The notes beneath the pieces were generated by a model, which was given only the letters and a program-made list of their open reading frames with translations, was not told where the DNA came from and ran no database searches. Positions 36,012 to 47,856 of a stretch of 64,000 nt of DNA are shown in pieces. Within the stretch, counting starts at the first letter, position 1. Each line of letters opens with the position of its first letter. A program made the position numbers and the translations under genes. The stretch is from Vitrella brassicaformis CCMP3155 (taxonomy: Eukaryota; Protista; Chromerida): positions 614,613 to 678,612 of the forward strand of contig CDMY01000227.1 in the NCBI GenBank assembly GCA_001179505.1, written 5' to 3'.

Positions 36012-38078
36012 ATGAGTGACCAGAAGAGCCCAGAGAAGGCCGCAAAAGAAGTGGCAGAAGGAGCTGGTGGTGAGGACCTGGAGCAGCTGGCGGCGCTGAT
36101 CAGCGACTATAACCGGGCAGTGCGCTGTGATGACCTGGCAGGGGTGAGCGGACCACGGAACCCGAACACCATTCGGAGGGAGGCAAGTGCTGGTGTGTGA
36201 GGTGTGTGTCCTGCAGGTGTGTCGACTCGCTGAGGAGATCGATAAGGTCCGTTCCTGCATGAACCAGCGCAGCAAGGCGCTGGCCTGGGCGTCGGAGCGA
36301 GACGCGCAGCTGCTAGGAGAGTTGGCGGCTTCAAGCAGCGCCGTGCGCAAGGGACTACACCAGCAGCGCCTCAAGCGAGTAAGGAGATGGCAGTTAGGGA
36401 GGTGTCTCTCAGTGAGTGGTGAGGGGATGTCACATGTTGGTGGGTGTGTCTGTGTCTCGCTGGCGGTCGCACGCAGCCTGTGCTGAGGCGCCTGCACAGG
36501 CGGCGTCGGACGAGCCCAAGGCCGACTGGGAGCAGACGTACGACGAGATGGAGCGACACTTGAAGGAGGCCGCTGAGCGCCAGCGCAAGAGAGGTACATG
36601 GAGGAGTCGGGAGAGAAGCGAACGGTTCGACACTGCGCACCTCGTTGGCTCTGCTGTGTGCAGGACGCGTTGCTGAGGGGCAGGCTGGGCAGTTCGCAGA
36701 TGACGAGGCAGTTGAAGACGAGGTAGGTGGGGTCTCTCGTGCCTCCTTTCCACACGCATCTATGCGTCTGTGTGTGCAGGAGGAGATGCGACAGGACATC
36801 GGCATCCCCAGCGCATCGCTGCCGGCCGACATCGACGAGTCGGACGAGGCCAAAGCGGTTCGCGATGTGCTGCCCGCCGAGCGTCTGGAGGCCTGCCCTG
36901 CCCCTGTTGTGGTGGTGGACAGAGTGGAGCACGTCAAGAACTCCATGGTGGGGATGTGGGATGGGGGCACGATGGATGCCGTGGTGAGGGCCGTCAACGC
37001 CAAGGACTACAAAGTCGGCGGACAGTACTCCTGCGACAGCTGCGTCATCACACGCCACGTGAGCGCGGGAGCAGGGCAGCTAGGCAGAGAAGCTATCACT
37101 GACGCGTACACCTGTGTTGTGTATCTGTGTATGCGCCTGTGTATGTCTGTGCAGGGCGGCAAGTCTCATCACAGCGCCGAGCGGTGCCCTACGGTCATGT
37201 ACGGCTACCAGCTCCACTTCCCCTTCCCGACCATCGACGGTGTGCTCAAGCGTGTGCTGCTGGCCAAGAGGCGGGCCAAGAACGAGGAGAAGATCACCGC
37301 CGAGGACATCAAGAACATCGCCAGCCACGGCCCGCACGCCAGAGAACACATCTTCCTCAACGCGGCCACCAAGATGAGCGAGATCGACATGACCAAGGCG
37401 TTCAAGATGATTCCCGTCGTGCAGGTAACCAGAGAGAGACAGACACGTACATACAGGGGGAAGGCAGGACGGGCGGGCGGGAGAGGGGCAGGGAGGCGGA
37501 CGGTTTCCTGTCCATTCGCTGATCCTCTGTGTTGTCTGTGGCCGTTCAGGCGTCGGGACAGACGGTGCTGCGCGATAGCGATTCCAACATCGTCTTCTAC
37601 GACCGCAACCACAACGAGACGCAGCGCATCTCGCTCCCCCAGCTGCGTTCGTGGATGGAGAAGAAGAGATTTCTGCGCGCGCGGGTGAGCTGGTCACAAC
37701 ACGTGTGTGTACACACATACGCACAGACCCATGGATGTATGGATTCATGTGGCTGCCTGTCTGCGTGTGTCTGTGTGGCTGTCTGTCTGTCTCTGCGGTC
37801 AGATCGTTGGTGATGCGGACATCGTCGGGCTGCTCAGCCTGTGTCCGCCACGCTGCCATCGCTGCGGCTGCTGGTGCAAGGGGTTCCCCGACGCCTACAC
37901 CCGCAGCCAGTCGGCCAACTTCGGGCTGGCGGGGTACCAGTGCGGCAACAGTACCTCGTTCGGCGGCACGTGCTCGTCGACGCCGCAGCGACCGGAGGAG
38001 AACGTCGCGTCGCTGTGGCTAGACGAGTATGTGGTCGCCCTGCTGGCCTACTTTAAGATCATCCCCTACGAAGAGTAG
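36012..38078 (+). CDS. Unknown protein (~8 exons) with acidic N-terminal half and Cys-rich C-terminus, convergent with Helitron RepHel
   Basis: GT-AG exon chain MSDQKSPEK...CPTVMYGYQLHFPFPTIDGVLKRV...CPPRCHRCGCWCKGFPD...YQCGNSTSFGGTC...IIPYEE*; strong coding bias; no family recognised. Confidence 0.75.
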
Positions 38079-38181
38079 ACAGGGGATGGGGCGGGCGAGG
38101 GCAAGGGGGGGAAGACAAACGTGTTTTTATGTGGGCGCATGCATGCGATGTGTGTGTGTGTGTGTGTGTGATGCGGGTGCT

Positions 38182-38530
38182 CTGAGCTGTGCGTATTTGT
38201 AGTATTCTCTCACACTCTGAGCTGTCCATATTTGTAGTTCTCTCACAGTCACAGCTGTCAGGTCGTCTGTGCGTCAGGGGCTGGTTTCGTGTGTGGTGGT
38301 CACCAACACATCTGGTCACCCACTTTGTCTGTCCATTCAGTGTCCATCGCTGCGCATTTGTCACTGTCTGTGCATACATGAGTGCGTGTGTGTGTGTTCG
38401 TGTGTATGTGTTTGTGTTGGGAAGCAGCTGGCAAACGTGTTTTTCGTGCGAGCGCATGCATATTTGTTTGTTCTGAGCTGTGCATATTTGTTGTTCTCAC
38501 AGTCACAGTCACAGCCGTCAGGTCGTCTGT
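38182..38530. repeat. Three imperfect copies of a ctgagctgtgc(a/g)tatttgt..ttctc(tc)aca motif, two extended by gtcacagc(t/c)gtcaggtcgtctgt
   Basis: Copies start at ~38182, ~38217 and ~38473. Confidence 0.8.
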
Positions 38531-39094
38531 TCACCGACTCTCTGCTATGAATTTGTCAGTGTGTCTATAATGCTTCCATGCCTTTACTCGTGTGTGCATG
38601 TCTGTGTTGCGCGCGTGGGTACATGCATGCGTGCACGTGTCCGAGGTCTGAGAGCTGCGTTTCTTGTCGTTCTCAACGCCTGTCTGGTGCTCTCCGCAAT
38701 CGGCCTTTTCTTATGTGTTCCACACAGCGGATCCATTCATATTCTTGGACGCATCCATTCATTGCATGCTTTCATCGGACAGAGTCGTCTGACCACATCA
38801 ATGTCACCATTCACGTGCAGCGAATCGGCACAGAGCAATCAAAAATAAACCGAACTTTCAACACAGTACGCTCAGCAGGCTCCTTGCAGTGGTGACCTGA
38901 CAGACACACGGAGGCACACACACACACATACAGACACACAATGTGAGAGCACACGCATTCGAGTGGCATGCAGGCGTGTTCGTTTGGCTTGTCCGTTTTC
39001 GGCTTCGATTGGCGTTCGAGTGCTGTTCGCGATTTCGATGTGAGAGAGGCTCCGTCGTTTTCAGCCCCTGGCTGGCTGTCTTGCCCTCACCGAA

Positions 39095-42000
39095 TCACAC
39101 GAGCAGTCTCTTGTGGACGATGTTGCGGCACATGGGCTTCCCGCTCGATGAGACACGGAATCGGGATGTCACGAGCAGGATGTCGACGGTGCGCCGGACG
39201 CGGGTGAGCGCAGTGTACAGGTGGCCGTGTTGAAACAGCTTGCCCCGGATGTCCAGCGCCACACGCTCCAGGGTCTGCCCTTGCGCCTTGTGGACGGTGA
39301 GACTGTAGGCGACCTGAAAGGGACAGACAGAGCACAATGCGGCAACTGAGCGCAATGAAAACGTGCAGCTGACCTTGAGAGGGAACTGGCACCGCACGAA
39401 GCGCTTTCCCAGCGTGCCCTTCCGGTGGACGGGTTGGATGGTGAAGTTGATCCGAGGTAGCACAAACGTCGGATACTTGGGGTCGGGATGGATCTTCCTG
39501 ACCTCGACGAGGTTGGGACCCCTGCTGCCCACATAGATGACCTTCTCGTTGTTGCAGAGCCCGTACCGCTTGGACAGGTTGCGCAGTACGATGCAGAGAG
39601 CGCCGGGCTTCAGGTCGAGCTGGTGCGGTGGCTTTGGCAGCTCGTCTTGGGTGGCCATGTACTCGTCCTCCTGGTCAACCTCACTCTCATCCAGAGGCAG
39701 GTCGTCAGTGGACCCGTCCTTGAGGGGCCGGTTGTGCGCGTAGTGCACATCCTTGTCTCCCTTCATGTCATCGATGATCTGCCTGTTGAAGCGGTCCACG
39801 GCTTCATTGGTCGGGCACAGAATGGCACGCGACGCGCACGCCTCAGGGTCGGTGTCGTAAAGTCGGTTGGGGAAGGCGAACTCGATCGCGTCCCTCGTCT
39901 GCTGCGTGGAGGGCAGGTCCAGCTCGATCCAGTGGTCCGCGTCTTCCGCACGGAGCGTCTCGTCTGCAGTGGGATCGATGCGGAAGGTGGGGATAAGTCC
40001 GTCACCGACCTGCACCACAAAAACAGCGAAGCGTTCTGAGTCGGTGCGGTCACTTCCATCCCCTTGCCCACCTTGAGACACAGGTCAGCATAAGCTTGGT
40101 CGACGATCCGATGGTTGGTCAGCAGCTCGTACCTTTCGAAGCACGGCCAGAGAACGGAGGACTTGATAGAGGCCTTCCAGGCGTTGATCTCGTTGCTGTC
40201 CTCTCCTCGCGGCAGGACGGGAGTCAGCTGGCGGAAGTCGCCTGCACACACGAACACCTTGCCGCCGAAGGGTCGGTCGATTCCTGTGATGTCTTGGAGC
40301 ATGCGGTGTGTAGCCTCGATATTCTTCACGTGGGCCATGGTCACTTCGTCCTGCACACACACACACATACACACACACACACACCACATACACACACTCC
40401 GTAGATACATGTGCTTGTGTGCATTCAGATGGAGCCGATCAGGCCCGACCCAGATGAGCAGCTGGCTGTGGCGCAGCAGCTCTGCCTTATGAGAGTTACG
40501 GCCGACAGTGCACTCCACCGGCTCCTGCGAGATGTTGTCGACCACCTTGATTTTGAAAGCGCCGTGCGCCGTGTGGCCCCCAGTGTAGTTGAGCGCTGCC
40601 AGCGCCGTCGTCGCAGTGGCGATGGCAATGTTGCCTCGCATGCGGACCGCCGCCAGCAGGCACTGCAGCAGTGTGGTTTTCCCGGAACCGGCTGATCACC
40701 AGCAAAGACACACACGCGCACGCACGCATGCACCCCCCGGTCCACGCCGCCTGTGTGTCTGTCCCTGTGTCTGTCTGTCTGTCTGTCTGTTTCTCACCCA
40801 GTGCGGGCACAATCACCGACATCGGAATCACCCCGTCCACTGTCTCGTTGGCCCTCGACGGGTCCGGATAGAGGTATTCGAGCACGTCATTGTAGACCCT
40901 CAGCTGCTCGGGGTCGGTCTCGATGAGCGAAAGCAGCCGATCATGCTCTCGCCGCACGTCGGCGAGGTTCTCGTAGCTCTGCCGCTCCATGCCTTCGTCA
41001 GCAAAATCCTCAGGCTCAGGCAGGCTGAAGTCCTTGTTGGTCTTGCCTGGGCTCACGGCATCGATGTCCTCAGAGATGTCGCGCAGCAGCAGCTGGTAGG
41101 CCGCGTTCGGGTCGAGCCCGTCGTCCTCCTCGTAGTCACAGACGAGGAAGTCCCGATGCGTCTCGAGGATCTCCGGAGCGTCGCACTCGTAGTTGACAAT
41201 CAGTTGGACGAAGAGCAGACGTAGCTGGAACGGTAGCAGGCCGTGGTCCTCGATCGCCTCCAGCAGCAGCGTCTTCACGAACTCGTCTCCCTGGAGCAGG
41301 CCGCTCTCTCTCGCGGCGTTCACGTAATGGTCATACATCTGCCCGTTGATAGTTCGCACAGCCTGCAGCATGTCACAGTCAGCAGCAGGCAGCAAGAGAA
41401 GACATTCGCAGACGCCAGGAATGGAACGATGAATGCGGGAGGAGTTACCTCGTAGGAGCCCCGCGCCTTGGACGTCTTGAGCAGCAGACGAAGGTAGTAG
41501 GGCTCACCCTGCGAGACGTTCATGGTCTGCAGCCGTGTGCACACCTTGTGTCCGCTTGCTCGCTCGAAGAAGACGTCACCGTTCTTGGTGCGAAACGAGC
41601 GCTTCATCTGATATCGCTCGAAGAACTGCTGATACGTCACGTCGTCGAACTCAGGATCGTCAGGCCGCGCCAGCCAGTGCTCCAGCTCGTTGGGCTTCGG
41701 CTGGATTACCCGCCCCTGCTCGCTCTGCCTGCCATACACGAGCTGCACCAACTTCCGCTTCTCTGGCAGGACCACCGGCAGAGTGATGACCGGCGGCTCG
41801 ATCACCGTGATCCTGTGGCTCAGGATGCGGTGGCAGGCCTCGCTGCCGCAGATGACCCGACCCTCCTGGTACTCGGCGATCTCGTCGCGCGCGGGAGCCG
41901 CTCGGCCGTGAGCCCCGCCACTCGCACTCGCACCCGCTGAGTCCGCCCCCGCCAGCCTCTCGATATAGGAGCTCTGCCTCGCCCGCTGCTCGTCTCGTTG

Positions 42001-42917
42001 CTGCTTGGAGCTGTGGCCCCTTGCGGCTGTCGGCGCCGAGTCGGTCGCCATCTTGATGGTGAAGGGGTTCTTGTGGGGTTTCCACATGTACCGGAACATG
42101 TAGATGATCACCTTCATGAACGCTACGACGTCGCAGTGCACGTGGCAGCGCAACAGCGCCAACAGCACAGGCGAGTAGGACGCGATCCAGCGGTCAAGCA
42201 CGTCTCGTCGTCGGAAGATGCAGCGGCCGTGGACGTTCCAGTGTGTCTCGTTGCAGAGAGGCCACGGCGCCCCCAACTTGCACAGGGTGCGGCACCGGTC
42301 GCCCAGCAGTTTGTACTCATCCAGACTCTCCTTGTTGGGGCGGCAGTACGGCCCGCATCGATGGCACATGAACTTGAGCACCAGCTCCTTCAGGAAGGGG
42401 TTGTTTCGCGGCACCTCGGCCGAAATGTACCGGTCGATGACGGCGGGGTCGGTGAAGTCAAGTTCAGTCTTCGGGCTCACGTGGGAGTGAGTGATCCCTC
42501 GCTGCTGGTACTCCATCACCGACAGCAGGTACACGAGCTTGCCGAACTCGCCCGCTCTCAGGCGTGAAAGCAGCGCCTTCTGCTTCTCGTAGAACACGCG
42601 AGATGAGATGTCGGGACGGTCATAGGCGGTCTGGCCTGCAAACGCACACAGAGGCACCCGCATCACACACATACACACACACACACACACAGATGTATGT
42701 ATGTATGCGTATATATGCATCTACACACCGCTCCTGTGCGTACATGCGTACCTGGCTCGATAGCGTTGACGATCTCGTCCCACTTGTCGTTGCACGTCAT
42801 CGTGATGAACAGAGACGGCTTGCCGAACTTGCCCGCTAGCGCCAGGGCGTCGCGGAGACTCCACCGAAAGTAGCGAGGCCCACCCAGGAAGCTGCCAGGC
42901 ATGTAGATATAGCCGGC
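39095..42917 (-). CDS. Helitron RepHel, copy A: Rep HUH domain to complete PIF1 helicase C-terminus; 5' end lost in gap; intron-containing
   Basis: KPSLFITMTCN, EYQQRGITHSH (HUH), IYMFRYMWK (catalytic Tyr motif), GSGKT, DEVTM, GDFRQL, ILCPTN, LRNL..GLCN, RCQFPLK-VAYSLTVHKAQGQTL, HGHLYTALTRV. Confidence 0.93.
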
Positions 42918-43217
42918 NNNNNNNNNNNNNNNNNNNNNNNNNNNNNNNNNNNNNNNNNNNNNNNNNNNNNNNNNNNNNNNNNNNNNNNNNNNNNNNNNNN
43001 NNNNNNNNNNNNNNNNNNNNNNNNNNNNNNNNNNNNNNNNNNNNNNNNNNNNNNNNNNNNNNNNNNNNNNNNNNNNNNNNNNNNNNNNNNNNNNNNNNNN
43101 NNNNNNNNNNNNNNNNNNNNNNNNNNNNNNNNNNNNNNNNNNNNNNNNNNNNNNNNNNNNNNNNNNNNNNNNNNNNNNNNNNNNNNNNNNNNNNNNNNNN
43201 NNNNNNNNNNNNNNNNN
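42918..43217. other. Assembly gap (300 N)
   Basis: Run of N. Confidence 1.
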
Positions 43218-46200
43218 GGCAGACGCCAGGAATGGAACGATGAATGCGGGAGTTGTTACCTCGTAGGAGCCCCGCGCCTTGGACGTCTTGAGCAGCAGAC
43301 GAAGGTAGTAGGGCTCGCCCTGCGAGACGTTCATGGTCTGCAGCCGCGTGCACACCTTGTGTCCGCTTGCTCGCTCGTAGAAGACGTCGCCGTTCTTGGT
43401 GCGGAACGAACGGCGGCCCTTCGGCACCGCCTGCCGCTGCTGCTTCATCTGGTATCGCTCGAAGAACTGCTGATACGTCACGTCATCGAACTCAGGATCG
43501 TCAGGCCGCGCCAGCCAGTGCTCTAGCTCGTTGGGCTTGGGCTGGATCACCCGGCCTCGCTCGCTCTGCCTCCCGTACACCAGCTGCACCAACTTGCGCT
43601 TCTCTGGAAGGACCACTGGCAAAGTGATGACCGGCGGCTCGATCACCGTGATCCTGTGGCTCAGGATGCGGTGGCAGGCCTCGCTGCCGCAGATGACCCG
43701 GCCCTCCTGGTACTCGGCGATCTCGTCGCGCGCGGGAGCCGCTCCGCCGTGAGCCCCGCCACTCGCACTCGTGGCCGCCGAGTCCGCCCCCGCCAGCCTC
43801 TCGACGTAGGAGCTCTGCCTCGCCCGCTGCTCGTCTCGCTCCTGCTTGAAGCTGTGCCCCCTTGCGGCTGTGCTCGCCGAGTCGGTTGCCCACTTGATGG
43901 TGAAAGGATTCTTGTGGGGTTTCCACATGTACCGGAACATGTAGATGATCACCTTCATGAACGCAACGACGTCGCAGTACACGTGGCAGCGCAACAGCGC
44001 TAGCAGCACAGGCGAGTAGGACGCGATCCAGCGGTCGAGCACGTCTCGTCGTCGATAGATGCAGCGGCCGTGGACGTTCCAGTGTGTCTCGTTGCAGAGA
44101 GGCCACGGCGCCCCCAACTTGCACGGGGTGCGACATCGGTCCCCCAGCAACATGTACTCTTCCAGGCTCTTCTTGTCGGGGCGGCAGTACGGCCCGCATC
44201 GGTGGCGCATGAACTTGAGCACCACCTCCTTCAGGAAGGGGTTGTTTCGCGGCACCTCGGCCGAGATGTACCGGTCGATGACGGCGGGGTCGGTGAAGTC
44301 AAGCTCAGTCTTGGGACTCACGTGTGAGTGAGTGATCCCTCGCTGCTGGTACTCCATCACCGACAGCAGGTACACGAGCTTGCCGAACTCCCCCGCTCGC
44401 AGGCGTGAAAGCAGCGCCTTTTGCTTCTCACAGAACACGCGAGATGAGACGTCGGGACGGTCATAAGCGGTCTGGCCTGCAAACGCACACAGAGGCACCC
44501 ACATCACACACACGCACATGTATACGTACACATCCGCGTAGCCGCCGTTCCTGTGTGTCCACACGTACCTGGCTCAATCGCGTTGACGATCTCGTCCCAC
44601 TTGTCGTTGCACGTCATCGTGATGAACAGAGACGGCTTGCCGAACTTGCCCGCTAGCGCCAGGGCGTCGCGCAGACGCCACCGAAAGTAGCGAGGCCCGC
44701 CCAGGAAGCTGCCAGGCATGTAGATATAGCCGGCCTTGGGCTGCGACTCGAAGTCGATCCCCTCGGCGGCGAGCTCCTCCTGCAGCTGCCGCGTCAGGGG
44801 ATGCTGCTGCCTCTCCAGCTCAGACAGCGTGCAGAGCCGCAGCTGGTGCCGACGGTGGTACTGCAGCCGCTCGTCCTCCATTCGCGCGCACAGATCGATC
44901 AGGTACTCCTGGCCGAGGCGGGGCATGAGGTGCACCAGGGGCTCGTTGAGCAGCCGCTGACGTGCATAGCGCATCGAGGTCCAGTACTTCTCGCTGGGCT
45001 TCAGCTCGCCGCTCGTGATGTCCTCCTCGCGAAAGGCCCGGGTGTAGAAACGTCGGTTGATAACCTGGCCGAGCTCCACGTCGTCGAAGTAGTCGTTACC
45101 CGTCCTGCCGCCACACACAGCACACCGACACGACCATTCACCCAGTCACCCAACCAATCGAACCCTCCGCCTTCCCGCCGCTCCCCACCTACCTGGACGA
45201 CAGAGGCATCGACGGACACCAGCCCAGCCACCCCTTCTGGAAGATGAGCGGGTACTGCAGCGACTCGCAGGCCGGGCTCTTGCAGTCGACGAAGTCTTCG
45301 TCGTGGCCAGTGGTGGTCCGTTTGTACGGACGGATGCACACGAGCCGCTCACACGGATCATAGGCAGGGGAGTCCGGCAGCAGCACGCAGACCTCGTCTG
45401 GACGTGGCCTGTACTGGAACTCCAGGACGACCTGACAGCCCTCCGCTTGCGCAATCTCCCCGAACATGCGCAGCTGCCGAACGAACGGGTTCTCCTTGAG
45501 CAGCATCAGATGCAGCCGATCGACCAGCTGCTGGACCATCAACACCCGCTGACTCCTCCCCTTTGTCGCCCCCTCCACTCCGGCTATCGTCTTGATGCGC
45601 TTCGTGCGCTCCTCGTCCGCCCGGGGAGTCTCATAGACCATCCACACCAAAGGCTGCTCTTCCGCCGACAGCACGCGGTGGTACACGCGTCCACACATCT
45701 GCACCTCACTGAAGCCCGCAGGAAACGACAGGGCCACGCTGGAGCGCGCGTGAAAGCCCATCGCCGTCATCGAGAACGTGTTGTTGTACCACCGGCTGTT
45801 CTTCCGCAGCTCAGGCCCAAAGGTGGGGTCCGACATGAGCGCCTTGAAGTCGTTCGCCCACGGCAGAGGCTCAAGCACTGCCCGGCCACCTTCACAGCAG
45901 AATGAGCTCCCCTCGCTCTTCCACACCCACGCCTTGCAATGCTGGCATTGCACTCAAGGACCGAGGGAAAGCTGTTTCGGGAAGGTGCGCGAGGGGTCCA
46001 GCAGGGGCTGGTTACATTTCCAGCTGTCTGCACCACCACAGCACACGATCACAGTGGCATGTGCCGTTGTCTCGCCGCTACCTGGGTAGTGAGCCTCCAT
46101 GAAGAGCCGCTTCTGGTCCAGCAAGGCGAGGAACGCACCACGGACCGCCGCAGCACGGAATCCCTTCTGACTTGGCACTGCCACGGTGCCCAACGCTCCC

Positions 46201-46748
46201 GTGAAGGGCCGTAGCCAGTGCTTTTCCACTCTTCGATCCGGAAGCACCAGCTCGAGCATGAACCAGTACCCCTCGCTCTTCCCCTTTACGGTCCATCTCA
46301 TTGAGCACAGCTCACAGGAGAACCCGTCGCTCCAGCAGTTCTCTGCCATGCGTACGTCGGGATACAGGAGCTCGCTCCGGATGAGGCCCTCAGCCAGCCG
46401 CTTCGTCTCTCTTTCGTCCAGCTGGGCCCCGCTACCCTCCTGCAGCGCAGCGATCGGCGACTGCCCGGTGAGTCTGGCGAACGAGACCTCGTAAGCTCCT
46501 CTCGCAGCCTCAAACGCCGAGTGTACGTCTGCCCGCTGCGGCTGAGCGGCTCGGAACACCCTCGCTGGACCACCCGCCCTCACACAGAACGCGCCCGCCT
46601 CCCGATCCCATAGGAGTGTCGCCACACCCGCGTTCATCTTCACCATCGCCTTGTACTCATACACGAGTGCTTGCGCAAATAGATGGACAGACACGGAACA
46701 GGTCTCGACACGACCTACCCAGCAACCATGAGCACACACATCGTTCAT
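43218..46748 (-). CDS. Helitron RepHel, copy B: N-terminal extension, Zn-finger and Rep domain; in-frame TGA at 45954-45956
   Basis: CQHC...FCC..G Zn finger, YNNTFSMTAMG, GRVYHR, ENPFVRQL, LQYPLIF, EYLIDLCARMEDERL, MPGSFLGGPRY, FITMTCN and HUH motif. The N-terminus probably extends across the gap to ~47500. Confidence 0.88.
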
Positions 46749-46951
46749 GCACGCATGCCCTAGCCACCATCTCGCCCCTTCTCTCTTTCCACACCTGGCT
46801 CATCGGGCGACGTATCCATCTTGGCTGCCTCGGCGCCACTCTCGACCGACATGGCTGGGTGCGTCTCCTTCCCTTCACCGTCGCTCGTCGTGCTGCTCTG
46901 TCCCATGCCCGACGTGCTCGGCTCGTCGCTCCCCCCGCCAACCGTCACGCC

Positions 46952-47251
46952 NNNNNNNNNNNNNNNNNNNNNNNNNNNNNNNNNNNNNNNNNNNNNNNNN
47001 NNNNNNNNNNNNNNNNNNNNNNNNNNNNNNNNNNNNNNNNNNNNNNNNNNNNNNNNNNNNNNNNNNNNNNNNNNNNNNNNNNNNNNNNNNNNNNNNNNNN
47101 NNNNNNNNNNNNNNNNNNNNNNNNNNNNNNNNNNNNNNNNNNNNNNNNNNNNNNNNNNNNNNNNNNNNNNNNNNNNNNNNNNNNNNNNNNNNNNNNNNNN
47201 NNNNNNNNNNNNNNNNNNNNNNNNNNNNNNNNNNNNNNNNNNNNNNNNNNN
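46952..47251. other. Assembly gap (300 N)
   Basis: Run of N. Confidence 1.
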
Positions 47252-47856
47252 AGCCTGTTCCTGTCTCCCGGGAAGAAGACTCGCACCTGCGGCCGCCTCA
47301 ACACCCCCTCGACGGACAAACGCAGCTGCCGCGAAGCTCTCGTCTCGACCTCCTCCGCCTCCTCGTCCGCCTCTCCACGTGTCCTCTTCACACCCGAAGA
47401 CACACACGTAACCACGCGCACACAGATGCAACAGAACTCCGAACCACCCTTCCCTTCGATTGCCAGAGTCACTGAACGCGCAGCCCTCGCCACGTTCCCG
47501 ATTTCGAGTCCGATTGCACCCCAGAGCAGCGTTCAGTGTCAACGCAACGCTACGGCTCACCTCTCGTCGATTGCTTCACCATCTTCTCCACACAGTCACC
47601 ACACACTTTTACGCATGCCCTAAGGCTCACCAAACGTTTTCCTTTTTCCCTCCTTTTGTTTGACTGCTGACAACATGCGAACGGCATCAGAAGCGAGAGC
47701 ATCCTGTCTAGTTTTGCTTAACGAAAACAGCTCTCGCATGCGCTGCCTACACGCATCGGAATTCCACTGGGAAAAAACCCCGGTTTCAAAATTCATATAG
47801 GGGATGATCACTTTTGGGAAACTGCGCGCCAATTTGAATTCTCCCGCTCACTGTCG

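Larger units (their letters stand above)
32759..47700 (-). mobile_element. Helitron region: RepHel segments plus linked convergent gene; termini not defined
   Basis: Three RepHel segments with HUH Rep and PIF1 helicase motifs, repeated sequence and three assembly gaps. Boundaries are inferred only from the flanking host genes. Confidence 0.75.

Noticed and set aside
35517-37058. 513-aa minus ORF and other long ORFs containing X runs (11158-11710, 42663-44564 tail, 46616-47623)
   Set aside because: They run through N gaps; their length is an artefact.
38182-38530. Repeat-spacer look (CRISPR-like)
   Set aside because: Only three imperfect, irregularly spaced copies in a eukaryotic context, with no cas genes.
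47708-47730. CTAG next to an imperfect hairpin (gttttgcttaacgaaaac)
   Set aside because: Wrong side and orientation for the 3' end of the minus-strand Helitron; the stem is AT-rich and mismatched.
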